From positions 36 to 64,035 of the IMG/VR virus record IMGVR_UViG_3300031753_000005: a stretch of DNA of 64,000 bases, one strand, 5' to 3'. Made by a program: the position numbers and the translations under genes. Within the stretch, counting starts at the first letter, position 1. Each line of letters starts with the position of its first letter. This document shows positions 39,215-47,954 of the stretch, piece after piece. A model generated the notes under the pieces. That model saw only the letters and a program-made list of their open reading frames with translations, was not told the DNA's origin and did no database searches. The stretch comes from a virus. Its lineage: Duplodnaviria; Caudoviricetes.

Positions 39215-40531
39215 ATGATGCTCCTCCTCCGCGTCCTGGCGGTTGCGCTCGCATGCCTATTGCCGTTTGGGGCAGAGCAGTCGGCGCGTGCAAAGCTATA
39301 CGATATGGTCGAAATGACCGTCGCGAGCGCGCCAGGGCTCGGCACAATCACACTCGGCACAGCGATTCCCCCATATCAGTCATTATCGGCGACCGCCGTC
39401 GCACCCGGCGAAACGGTCTCCTATCATATCGCTGATATCAATAACAACTGGGAAAATGGCCGCGGTGTCGTCACTCTCAGTCCGAACATAACGATCACTC
39501 GGGGCGTGATCAGCTCGAGCAACGCGAATGCGCTAATTAACGCGAGCGCAGGAGCCATCGTCTGGATTGTGCCGAACGCCGCCGATATGGTCATGACGCA
39601 ATATCCGTCGACAATTAGTGCTGCGGTTGCGGAGACTCCCTGTGTGCTAACATCCGCCGCTACCGTGACGGTAAGCGGGGCATGCGATGTTTATACGCTC
39701 ACCGTAGCTAATGATCCGGCTCTTCTCAGTAATCCCACGTCCACCTTGCTCGGACAGTGGCTTACGTTTTTTATCACACAGGACGTGACAGGCAATAGAC
39801 GAGTCCCGTTTGGCTCTAATTATATATTTTCCGGGGGATGGAATGCTGCGGTGCTCTCGACGGGAGCAGGGAAAACCGACGCCTTCGCTTGCAAGACCCT
39901 CGTCGCCAATGGCGCAATGTACTGCACCCCGCCAGTCGTAGATTTCTATGTTGGGTCACGAGAGACATGGAGCCCCACGCAAAAGAATGCCGTATTTACT
40001 CTTAGCCCCAACAATCAGACGGCAACCGCGGGCACCGTCGCGGCCGATTCCGTCGTATTGGGTTCTGCCGGCGTATCGGCAGGAAAGATTTTTTTTGAAA
40101 TAGACTATACGGGCAGCCAAGCCAATTGTTGCAACGGCGTGGGATTGGGCAATATCAATACAAGCACGGTGACCGGCCAGTATCTTGGAATTGATAACAA
40201 TGGCATTGTTTACAATAACCAGGGCAGCGTGGTGTCGAACGGGACGACCGTGGCGACAATCGCGACCTATACAACCGGCGCCCAAATATGTGTCGCGGTC
40301 AACCTCAATACTAATCTGCTCTGGTTCCAGCCACTCGGCGCTGGGCAATGGGATAATAATGGCACAGACAATCCCGCGACGGGGATCGGAGGCTACTCCA
40401 TAGCCAACGTTGCCGCTGCGGCAGTCGTTCCCGGCGGAACCGTCAATAACACGGGAGTGGCGTTCGTGCTTAAACCGAGCTTGGCATGCGCCGGCGTGAG
40501 CGGCCTTGCTGGCTTTGGTGTAATGCCATGA
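39215..40531 (+). CDS. Signal-peptide tail-fibre-like protein with C-terminal SPRY/B30.2-like domain
   Basis: ARA-K signal site; GTITLG...Y.I.D..WE.G.G...SSN fibre N-terminal domain; GKIFFEI..GVGL...ICVAVNL SPRY pattern. Confidence 0.75.
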   Translation: MMLLLRVLAVALACLLPFGAEQSARAKLYDMVEMTVASAPGLGTITLGTAIPPYQSLSATAVAPGETVSYHIADINNNWENGRGVVTLSPNITITRGVISSSNANALINASAGAIVWIVPNAADMVMTQYPSTISAAVAETPCVLTSAATVTVSGACDVYTLTVANDPALLSNPTSTLLGQWLTFFITQDVTGNRRVPFGSNYIFSGGWNAAVLSTGAGKTDAFACKTLVANGAMYCTPPVVDFYVGSRETWSPTQKNAVFTLSPNNQTATAGTVAADSVVLGSAGVSAGKIFFEIDYTGSQANCCNGVGLGNINTSTVTGQYLGIDNNGIVYNNQGSVVSNGTTVATIATYTTGAQICVAVNLNTNLLWFQPLGAGQWDNNGTDNPATGIGGYSIANVAAAAVVPGGTVNNTGVAFVLKPSLACAGVSGLAGFGVMP

Positions 40532-41823
40532 TAGCGCGTATGGCTAAAATCTCAGCAGTCATTGGCCTGCTGGCTGTCCTCGCTATTCCGGCCGAGCCTA
40601 GCATCGCGCAATTCACGCCTCCGTTACTATTACAGAATACGATTGCCGCTAAAAAACCAAAGCCACCACCGCGCCCGCCTGCGTTCGACGCGGTAGCATA
40701 TAGTCCAAATGCGAGTAACGCAGTTATAGGATTGACGACGACGACAGCAGCATTTCCGCTGGGCTGGCAAACCTACGGAACTACGTTTTCTTATAACACC
40801 ACAACGTTTCGCGATCCCGAGATACTTACCAATCAGCAAGGGGCGGCTACTAAAGTAAACGGGCATTATTGGTTGGCCTTCACTGCGATCTCCGCTGCTA
40901 ATTTCAACAACGGCAGCGAACAAGCGTCGTCTTTCGGATTGGCATATTCTGATGATCTAGCTACATTTACCTTTTCACAGTTCGTATCGTGTTTCTCGTC
41001 AGTTCCTGCGACTCCTATCTGCTGGGCACCAAAGGGTTATATCGACAATTCTGGAGGGATGCACTTTATCGTGTGCGCTGGGACCAATCAGAATTTCGGC
41101 ACCCAGGACATGCAACCAACAGAGGTGCATCCGCTCACGTCTGACCCCAACGGGGCATGGTCAGTTCCCCTGACCATTACTGGCACAGCACTCCCAGCCG
41201 GCGGTTTTGATTACCGTATCCAGCAAGATGGATCAGGGACGCGGTATATGTTTTATGTAGTCGATGCGCCGCCCGGCGGTGGAGAATTTACGGGGTTAGT
41301 CAGCAGTGCATCTGATTTCTCAGGTTATAATACGCTGATATCTTCCAACGTGGTTGGTAATCCCAATACGCAATCGTTTGAATCGCCGCAAGCCTTCAAG
41401 CAAGGGAACGCATGGTATCTTTTTGGTTACTGGAATGTTAACACTTCCTATGCGACATCATCAGCTATTTCTGGCCCGTATTCCGCACTGACGCAGCTTG
41501 GGCAAAATTCTCAAGTTGACATGACCGGAATCTTTGCCGGCCCGCTTGCCCCGACGTACGTCACATTTGACACCAACCCGGTAAGCGTGCCCGATACGTC
41601 GGCGCTACACACCGCCGTCACTGGCGTCACGGTCGTCGTGCCTGGCGGGCCACCCTATCAGGGAACGCCCACTGTGCAGTCCTGCTCGCAATCGCCGTGT
41701 CCGTTTGGGATCACGGGCTCGACGGGCAACTGGTCGCTCCAGACGATTTTGAACCCGAGCGGCGGTACTCCACCCACTCTGACGGACGTCAACAACGCAA
41801 CTCTGGTGATTAATGCGCCGTAG
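40528..41823 (+). CDS. Signal-peptide protein with GH43-like beta-propeller
   Basis: SIA-Q signal site; RDPEI, WAP, ESP and WYLF motifs of five-bladed glycosidases. Confidence 0.65.
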   Translation: MIARMAKISAVIGLLAVLAIPAEPSIAQFTPPLLLQNTIAAKKPKPPPRPPAFDAVAYSPNASNAVIGLTTTTAAFPLGWQTYGTTFSYNTTTFRDPEILTNQQGAATKVNGHYWLAFTAISAANFNNGSEQASSFGLAYSDDLATFTFSQFVSCFSSVPATPICWAPKGYIDNSGGMHFIVCAGTNQNFGTQDMQPTEVHPLTSDPNGAWSVPLTITGTALPAGGFDYRIQQDGSGTRYMFYVVDAPPGGGEFTGLVSSASDFSGYNTLISSNVVGNPNTQSFESPQAFKQGNAWYLFGYWNVNTSYATSSAISGPYSALTQLGQNSQVDMTGIFAGPLAPTYVTFDTNPVSVPDTSALHTAVTGVTVVVPGGPPYQGTPTVQSCSQSPCPFGITGSTGNWSLQTILNPSGGTPPTLTDVNNATLVINAP

Positions 41824-42958
41824 CATCCTCCTCGTCATCGCGACGCTCGGGCTCGCGCTCCTCTCCGTCCTGGCCCACGCCGTCACCGGCACTCTAACCT
41901 ACAACATCACGTCCGGCGCCGGCACTGTCGCCTGCGATCTTGGACCCAATTACATCGGGTCCATCCCGGCCGGTGCGCAGGCCGCAGGTTTCACGCACTG
42001 CGCTGGCAACTACGATTTCACCCAATCAACGCCGTTCACGTACATGGGACAAACAGTAACGTGGTCTAACACGCCCATCTGGCTTCAATGCACAGGCCAG
42101 GTTCCAGCAAATCCTTTGTGGTATGGGTATAGCGAAAACGGCCCGACGACACCGTGCAGCGATTACCCGATCATGATTGACAACAACGGCGATGCCGGCG
42201 CAAGCGGCGGTCAGGTGTTAGGTGTGATCTTCACCCAGGCGGACTTTAACAACAACGTTCAGGTGACAAATCTCGCTACGGCGAACAACCAGAATTACCC
42301 GAACCCGGCAGGCACGTCGTTCCCAAATGGGGCGTATCTCGAATGGGTGGCGCGCATGACGAATGCCACTTATGCGAGCCACCAACCCAAGAACTATTTT
42401 TTCAACCTCTGGGAAAGCAGCCCGCAGGCGCAGTGGGTCGAATTTGATCAGATGGAGATATTCGGAACCGGTGTAGGCGCCGGGGCCGGCTTTGGGGAGC
42501 ATGGATGTAACGGCAGCTTCGGGTGCCCAGGCTACCCGGCGCTATCCCACGTCAGCGATAGCTCGATTACCACCTGGGATCCTACGAAATATCAAAATTA
42601 CGGCTGGCGATGGACGCATGATGCGAATGCCAATTTCGGAGCCTGCGTCTACTGGAACGGCACGCAGATTCCCCCACAGCAAGGCGGCACGCGCCAGCCT
42701 TGCGATAGCGGGTCATACTTCAACGGAGTTTCCGATCCTGCATTCACGAGCCAGCGAAACCAATTGATAATCTGGTCAGGGCCGAACGAAAACTCCACTA
42801 CAGCCAATTGCTCCGATGATGGAGTAAACCTTGTTATCTGTAACCCCCCCGCTGGTGGAAACGTTACCTTAGTGCAACGGGTGACGGTCTGGGTGCCGCC
42901 CTCGTGTATATGGCAGACGCAGCCGTGCATTACCACTGTGGATGTTGGCGCCCCATGA
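41813..42958 (+). CDS. Signal-peptide Cys-rich protein, GH16/ConA-like
   Basis: AHA-V signal site; EFDQME (ExDxxE) motif; YQNYGWRW...YWNG. Confidence 0.65.
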   Translation: MRRSILLVIATLGLALLSVLAHAVTGTLTYNITSGAGTVACDLGPNYIGSIPAGAQAAGFTHCAGNYDFTQSTPFTYMGQTVTWSNTPIWLQCTGQVPANPLWYGYSENGPTTPCSDYPIMIDNNGDAGASGGQVLGVIFTQADFNNNVQVTNLATANNQNYPNPAGTSFPNGAYLEWVARMTNATYASHQPKNYFFNLWESSPQAQWVEFDQMEIFGTGVGAGAGFGEHGCNGSFGCPGYPALSHVSDSSITTWDPTKYQNYGWRWTHDANANFGACVYWNGTQIPPQQGGTRQPCDSGSYFNGVSDPAFTSQRNQLIIWSGPNENSTTANCSDDGVNLVICNPPAGGNVTLVQRVTVWVPPSCIWQTQPCITTVDVGAP

Positions 42959-43677
42959 AGTGGGTCCGCGGGCCGTGGTGGGATGGGTTCTGGTTGCTTA
43001 GCGGGCTGCCGATCGGGCTTGCGCTGGTGCTGACTTCAAATGGCAGGGGCATTGGTCCGATAATCGCAATGACGATCATGGTTCTGGAAACTGCCCATGT
43101 CGTGACGCCGATTGCCCTGGCTTTTGTCCGCCGTGAACTGGGCGATATCGTGCTGAGAAAGCCGATTAAGTGCGTCGGCGTGCCGCTCGCTCTTGTCGCC
43201 GCATCGCTTGTCGCCCCAGCGTCCTGGTTCGCCGGTCCCTATTTCGCGTGGAATATCTTTCATTTCGGGATGCAGAACTTTGGAGTGCTCTCGCTCTATG
43301 GCATCATTGGAGATCGAGTGAAGCGCGGCGCGCTGTGCCTTGGAGTAACCGCTCTCGGGATGGGGCTGCCGGCTCTGGTTCCCAATCAGTATTACCTCAT
43401 GTTCGGCGTGGGATTCTTCGGGTTTAATCATTGGCTTGCCGACATCGGTCTGTCGAGCCGAGTCGTGCGTTGGCATTGGGGATTTATCGTCATGGTGTTG
43501 GCTATCGGTGTCGGATGGCTCTTGCTGCGCAATGGTCCACTCTCGGCGCAGTTGGCGCCCCAGATAATTGCGTTCCGTTATGCCATAGGGATGGCGCATT
43601 TCATCTTGGAATCGGAGTTTTGGAAGTTCAGCAACCCGCGGGTGCGGGCGACGATCGGGAAAGAGTTATTTGCATGA
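42955..43677 (+). CDS. Polytopic membrane protein with four His motifs
   Basis: About 7 hydrophobic segments; TAHV, WNIFHFGMQN, FNHW and AHFILESEFWK motifs. Confidence 0.7.
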   Translation: MKWVRGPWWDGFWLLSGLPIGLALVLTSNGRGIGPIIAMTIMVLETAHVVTPIALAFVRRELGDIVLRKPIKCVGVPLALVAASLVAPASWFAGPYFAWNIFHFGMQNFGVLSLYGIIGDRVKRGALCLGVTALGMGLPALVPNQYYLMFGVGFFGFNHWLADIGLSSRVVRWHWGFIVMVLAIGVGWLLLRNGPLSAQLAPQIIAFRYAIGMAHFILESEFWKFSNPRVRATIGKELFA

Positions 43678-44120
43678 GGCTGATCAACGATGCAGGCCGG
43701 GCGATCATCAAGGAAAGCGAAGGGCTGAGCCTCACCGCCTACCACGACTTCGCCAAAGGCGTGCTGACGATTGGCTGGGGCCACACCGGCCCCGATGTGT
43801 TCGAGGGAGAGACCATCACCGAGGCGGTCGCCGAGCAGCTTCTCATCCAGGATTTAGCCTACACATGCGGCCAGGTAGCCGGCATGATGCCGTGGGCAAA
43901 CGACAATCAGTTCTCAGCCTGCGTCAGCCTGGCATACAACATCGGTGTCGCGGCGTTTCAGACCAGTTCTGTGCTGAAGGCATCGCGCGCCGGTGACCGA
44001 ATCGGCACCGCCAGAGCCTTCCTGCTTTGGGACAAGGCCCATGTCGACGGCCATCTCGTCGAGGTAGAGGGCCTTTTCGAGCGCCGAATCGACGAGGTTT
44101 CCCTTTATCTAGATACGTGA
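43674..44120 (+). CDS. Endolysin, GH24 lysozyme
   Basis: ESEGLSLTAYHD...TIGWGHT...NQFSACVSLAYNIG...W.K...GL..RR..E. Confidence 0.92.
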   Translation: MRLINDAGRAIIKESEGLSLTAYHDFAKGVLTIGWGHTGPDVFEGETITEAVAEQLLIQDLAYTCGQVAGMMPWANDNQFSACVSLAYNIGVAAFQTSSVLKASRAGDRIGTARAFLLWDKAHVDGHLVEVEGLFERRIDEVSLYLDT

Positions 44121-44137
44121 GAATGCCCCGATCTGTC

Positions 44138-44500
44138 ATGAAAGCTTCGGCATTTGCCGTCGCAATTCTAACCTGCGGGGGAAGCTGGGTCAAAGACGGC
44201 TACACTAACGACCCGAACATCCTCTGCATAAACGGTCATCCAGCACCAAGGCGCCCCCACGTCACCTACGGCCACTTGCCAACCAAACCCTGCTGTGAAC
44301 GCGACCACATCTGCCCACTCGGCCTCGGATGCCCAGATACGCTCGACAACTTGCAGTACCAACCTTGGCTAGAAGCGCGCGTAAAAGATGGCGACGAACG
44401 CCGCGCAGAGCACACTTATTGCAAAAACCCAAGTCCAGCTCTTCTCGATCGATTACGCTCAACATTCACTCGAACTTACCCGTTGCAAGGAAAACAATGA
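44138..44500 (+). CDS. HNH-like protein with hydrophobic N-terminus
   Basis: ERDHICPLGLG..D...NLQYQ...KD..E motif. Confidence 0.55.
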   Translation: MKASAFAVAILTCGGSWVKDGYTNDPNILCINGHPAPRRPHVTYGHLPTKPCCERDHICPLGLGCPDTLDNLQYQPWLEARVKDGDERRAEHTYCKNPSPALLDRLRSTFTRTYPLQGKQ

Positions 44501-44934
44501 TCGAACCGACCCTACTGATAGCGATCATCGTCGCGGTTTCCGCGATCATGCAAACCATCCTCAATAGCTGGCAGGCGAAAAGAAGGCAAAAGGCCGATTG
44601 GCGTCGTCAGGATGGAGTCGCCGAGAAAGCGGAAGAGACCGCGAGTCTGCTGCTAAAAACCCAGAAAGAGAACATCCGCCGGACCGACGAGGTCGCCCGC
44701 GTCGCGGCCATCTCGGCGAACCAGACGCATGACCAGCTAAGCGAGATCCATGGTCTCGTCAACAGCGACATGACAAAAGTCCTGCAGGCCGACCTCGATC
44801 AGACTCGCGTCACGTTGGCGCTCCTCCGCAAGCTGGGAGATCCAGATATGGATTTGCTGCATACTACTGAGTGTCGCATAACCGAATTGGAGCGAGTGCT
44901 CGCCACCCGTCCTAAAAGTGCGAAAGGGATTTGA
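44497..44934 (+). CDS. Single-TM coiled-coil protein (holin/lysis-associated)
   Basis: N-terminal TM; IHGLVNS motif. Confidence 0.6.
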   Translation: MIEPTLLIAIIVAVSAIMQTILNSWQAKRRQKADWRRQDGVAEKAEETASLLLKTQKENIRRTDEVARVAAISANQTHDQLSEIHGLVNSDMTKVLQADLDQTRVTLALLRKLGDPDMDLLHTTECRITELERVLATRPKSAKGI

Positions 44935-44935
44935 A

Positions 44936-45178
44936 ATGAACGTTTCTAAAGTCGACATGGAAGCCGCCCAAGGGGCGTGGGACGATGTTTTCGGCCATCT
45001 GCCGGGCAATCTCCCACTCGTTGTCAGATTGGCGCAGCATTTTGCGGATCATCGGTCGAAGGCGGCCCACGATGCGAAGCCTAAATCGGAAGAGCTAGGC
45101 GGCGTGGCGAACCTGTCGGAAGCCGCCCAGGAGGAAATCCACGAGGCTGAGAGAGCCGAGAAAGCGGAGAAGGCATGA
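44936..45178 (+). CDS. Small protein with GGVANLSEAAQ module
   Basis: Module shared with 24061-24333. Confidence 0.55.
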   Translation: MNVSKVDMEAAQGAWDDVFGHLPGNLPLVVRLAQHFADHRSKAAHDAKPKSEELGGVANLSEAAQEEIHEAERAEKAEKA

Positions 45179-45369
45179 TATTCTTGACCTGGCTGGGGGC
45201 TCGCCTTAGCGAGTCGACCACTTGGCTCGGGATCGCCTCCGGTTTCGGCGCGCTCGGGGCAGCGCTTGCCGCAGGCGGCCTCGTCCAGACAGGTCTTATC
45301 GTGGGGGCTCTCGGAGCGGGCGCCGGTGGCGTGGGTGCGTTCATCACGAAGGAGAAGGGCAGTGCGTAG
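45175..45369 (+). CDS. Putative holin
   Basis: RLSESTTWLG motif, two TM segments, charged C-terminus. Confidence 0.7.
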   Translation: MIFLTWLGARLSESTTWLGIASGFGALGAALAAGGLVQTGLIVGALGAGAGGVGAFITKEKGSA

Positions 45370-45997
45370 GCTGGCGTTCGTGGCGCTTCTGGCGCTCGCT
45401 GGCTGTGCAACTGGTCCGCAGCCTCCTCCGCCGGGCCCGACGCTGGCGGATATCGACGCGACGTGGACGCAACTCGAGACGACAGCGGTCCCTCCCGAGG
45501 CTATCCTGGCTATCGGCTCGGCGCTCGACGACGTCTCGTGCTATGGGTGGCTCGACCAGCAGATCCTCGGCTCGCAGCAATCGTCTGCCCTACAGGGGAT
45601 ATTAGGCGCGGGCGGCGGCATGGCCGCTATCGCCGGTGGTCCGGCCGGGATGGGAGCCGCGGCCGGCGCCGGGTTGCTCTCGTCGATACTAGGCGTCGCC
45701 CAGGCAAATTCACCGATAGGCAACGATCCGGTGGCGGCGTATGGGCTCGTCCTAAAGATGAGACAGACGTGGCAGGCCGGGGCGGGCATACCAATGACGC
45801 GCGAGGCGGCATGGGCGTTCGTCCAATCGTATCACGAGCTCTGTAGCCTTAGCGGCATACGCTTGGCGATGCATATGGCGGCGCTGACCGCGCCGGTGTC
45901 GACTGCCTCGTCGGGCACGGGTTTTGCGGCTTCAGCTATGTCCGGCCGGCAAAGGCCGCCCGTTGTCATCGTCGGGGCACCCCTGGCGCAGCGCTGA
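45362..45997 (+). CDS. Lipoprotein (spanin-like candidate)
   Basis: GTG start; LLALAG-C lipobox; end of the lysis cassette. Confidence 0.65.
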   Translation: MRRLAFVALLALAGCATGPQPPPPGPTLADIDATWTQLETTAVPPEAILAIGSALDDVSCYGWLDQQILGSQQSSALQGILGAGGGMAAIAGGPAGMGAAAGAGLLSSILGVAQANSPIGNDPVAAYGLVLKMRQTWQAGAGIPMTREAAWAFVQSYHELCSLSGIRLAMHMAALTAPVSTASSGTGFAASAMSGRQRPPVVIVGAPLAQR

Positions 45998-46060
45998 CGT
46001 CTCGGCACCGGCCGGCTCGCAGTTCGAGCTTGAAAGGCGGTCCTCTAGCCGAAGGCATCT

Positions 46061-46225
46061 TTAGGGGAGTTTTTGCAGAAGCTGCAACAATTCGGGATCG
46101 TGGGAGACGTCGAAAAATCTCAGCAGGATTTGGAGCCCGCGCTCTAATGCCCTCACGCGACGCTCTAACTCATCGACTTTTTGAGAGGCGCTGAAGCCCC
46201 AATTCACTTCGGAAAAGTCGCTCAT
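46061..46225 (-). CDS. 54-aa coiled-coil protein
   Basis: Manual translation: MSDFSEVNWGFSASQKVDELERRVRALERGLQILLRFF... Confidence 0.45.
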   Translation of the reverse strand: MSDFSEVNWGFSASQKVDELERRVRALERGLQILLRFFDVSHDPELLQLLQKLP

Positions 46226-46239
46226 TCATCCCACCCGAT

Positions 46240-46281
46240 AGCCGGCCGATCTTTCCTTCGGGATGGATCGGCCGGCTTTTT
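46240..46281 (+). terminator. Intrinsic terminator at the convergence of the late and leftward operons
   Basis: AGCCGGCCGATC...CTTCGG...GATCGGCCGGCT followed by a T-run. Confidence 0.8.
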
Positions 46282-46286
46282 GCGTT

Positions 46287-46745
46287 TCAGGGGCTCGCGT
46301 ACTGCTGAGTCGCCGACGCTTGCGGCTGCCTGCCTGCGGGCCGGTTGGCCCATGCATAGATCTTGCCGTCACGCTCCATAGCGAGATTGCTCTTCTTCCA
46401 CCTGTTGATCGCGATGCCGAGGTGGTTTGCCCGCATGCCGGGACAGGCCTTCAGGACCGCGTCCCGGGTTATGCCCGACGCCCCGGCCGAGATGACCTGA
46501 TTCAACGCCTTAGCAAATGATGTCTGTTTCGCGACCTCGCCGTTCGACTTCGCCATCGCCGTTTTCGCCGGCCGGCCGCGGCGACGCATCGGCGTTGCGG
46601 CTGACTTGCTGGGCGTCGGGCTCGGGCCACCAAATCTGGCAAAGACTTTCTCTGCCGCCTCGAGCTCGGTCAGCTCGCTCGTGAACTTCGCGATTTGTGT
46701 GGTAAGGTACATTTTCCGTTCTGTGATTTGGGCTTGGGTCGTCAT
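46287..46745 (-). CDS. Putative nucleoid-associated protein (coiled coil + AT-hook + wHTH)
   Basis: N-terminal heptads, RRRGRP, C-terminal GITR....L...DGKIY winged-helix pattern. Confidence 0.6.
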   Translation of the reverse strand: MTTQAQITERKMYLTTQIAKFTSELTELEAAEKVFARFGGPSPTPSKSAATPMRRRGRPAKTAMAKSNGEVAKQTSFAKALNQVISAGASGITRDAVLKACPGMRANHLGIAINRWKKSNLAMERDGKIYAWANRPAGRQPQASATQQYASP

Positions 46746-46912
46746 AACCTTTCTCGCTTGATTGGTTGATCGGGGTTGATCAACGTCTGGCGCGATTTAA
46801 CAGCGTGGCCGCGGGTTTGCAACTGGCGAGCGCGGTATCCGACGCCATTTGGTCAGAGCCAAGCTTCCGCTTATGAGCCGTGCGCCGGTCGCGACTCCAA
46901 GGCTCTGCGCGC

Positions 46913-47116
46913 TCATGGTTCCCTCCACGGGATTACCTCGCGTACCGTCTTGATGATGTGAATCTCGCCGTTGCCTCTGTCGTAGCCGTAGCCGAGACGG
47001 GCGAGTGCCTTTGCCTCAGCAAGTGCCGCCTCCATCGATCTTGCCGTCGTCGAACCGCCATATCCGCCGTCCCGCGGCCACCATACGGCGACCTGATAGG
47101 TCGTGCTTTTGCTCAT
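46913..47116 (-). CDS. Small hypothetical protein
   Basis: AAGGAG RBS; coupled to the upstream ORF. Confidence 0.5.
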   Translation of the reverse strand: MSKSTTYQVAVWWPRDGGYGGSTTARSMEAALAEAKALARLGYGYDRGNGEIHIIKTVREVIPWREP

Positions 47117-47337
47117 CCCGGCTCCTTCAAGACTCCCGGAAATGGGCATATTGCGCTGACTGTTGGGGCATTCCCATAGAGCACGCACTCCCCGACATTC
47201 ATCATGAGGTTCATCGAAATTAGGAGTCCCGCGAACAGTCCGAGCATGATGAGAAGGAGAAGCCACAATCCGACCACATCGCCCCTTCCCGGTTTTGCAA
47301 CCCCGTCAGTAACCTCTTGATATCTGGTAGAGCGCAT
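47113..47337 (-). CDS. Small single-TM protein
   Basis: Long hydrophobic stretch. Confidence 0.5.
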   Translation of the reverse strand: MRSTRYQEVTDGVAKPGRGDVVGLWLLLLIMLGLFAGLLISMNLMMNVGECVLYGNAPTVSAICPFPGVLKEPG

Positions 47338-47505
47338 TAGAACTGTTTTGCAGAAAGCGCGGCTCTGGCGTTACGTTTCCATATGATTTGAAGTCCGCGC
47401 GAGCCACCGGACCCGGTACTCTTCCGTCGTTGTTGTAGCTCATGTTTTCGGCGCCGCGCGAGAATTGTTTTGCAGTTCAACCGGCGGCGACGCCGGAGTT
47501 TTGCA
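47292..47505. promoter_or_regulatory. Putative attP region with integrase arm-type repeats
   Basis: GTTTTGCA at 47292, 47345, 47467 and 47498, two on each side of the tRNA fragment; AGAA(C/T)TGTTTTGCAG occurs twice. Confidence 0.7.
47385..47425 (-). tRNA. selC: 5' half of tRNA-Sec (attP core fragment, not a complete tRNA)
   Basis: GGAAGAGT AC CGGGTC CGGT GGCTCG C GCGGA CTTCAAA TC: 8-nt acceptor strand, 6-bp D-stem with 4-nt loop, UCA anticodon; truncated just after the loop. Confidence 0.85.
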
Positions 47506-47772
47506 AACCGTTCTGGATTCGATCGCTTGACGAATTTCGGAGGCCGTAAGCCCGACAGCCGACAATTCCGCTTGATCCTCGATCTTCCCCGCTATCGCTG
47601 CGCACCGCTCCCGCTCCTCCTGCCGACCCTCCTCGCGGACCGTAGCGGATAGCTTTTCGCAGCCGGCTATCAGTGCCCTAAATGCCTCAGCCGAAATATA
47701 GGCCTGACCTGGCGTGGCCAACCATTCATCCAGCATTTCCCGGACCATCTCGCGCTCGGTCGGCTCGATCAT
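47440..47772 (-). CDS. Hypothetical protein (ERERCAAIA motif)
   Basis: Recurrent phage motif; coupled. Confidence 0.6.
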   Translation of the reverse strand: MIEPTEREMVREMLDEWLATPGQAYISAEAFRALIAGCEKLSATVREEGRQEERERCAAIAGKIEDQAELSAVGLTASEIRQAIESRTVCKTPASPPVELQNNSRAAPKT

Positions 47773-47954
47773 TTCCTCTTCCTCGCCTCCTCAGCAATCC
47801 TGTCGAGAAGGCGGATCAGAAAGTTAACCTCATACACGCCGAGAATTTGCAATTGTGCCGGGTGTAGCCTGGACTCCTCGCCCGCGCGGTTCCGAATGGT
47901 GCGTAGCGTTTCATAGTCCTTTTTGCCAATTAGATTTTGCAGCGGATCGATCAT
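47769..47954 (-). CDS. Small hypothetical protein
   Basis: ATGA overlaps. Confidence 0.55.
   Translation of the reverse strand: MIDPLQNLIGKKDYETLRTIRNRAGEESRLHPAQLQILGVYEVNFLIRLLDRIAEEARKRK

Noticed and set aside
47385-47425. Complete functional tRNA-Sec gene
   Set aside because: The 3' anticodon stem, variable arm, T-arm and 3' acceptor strand are missing.
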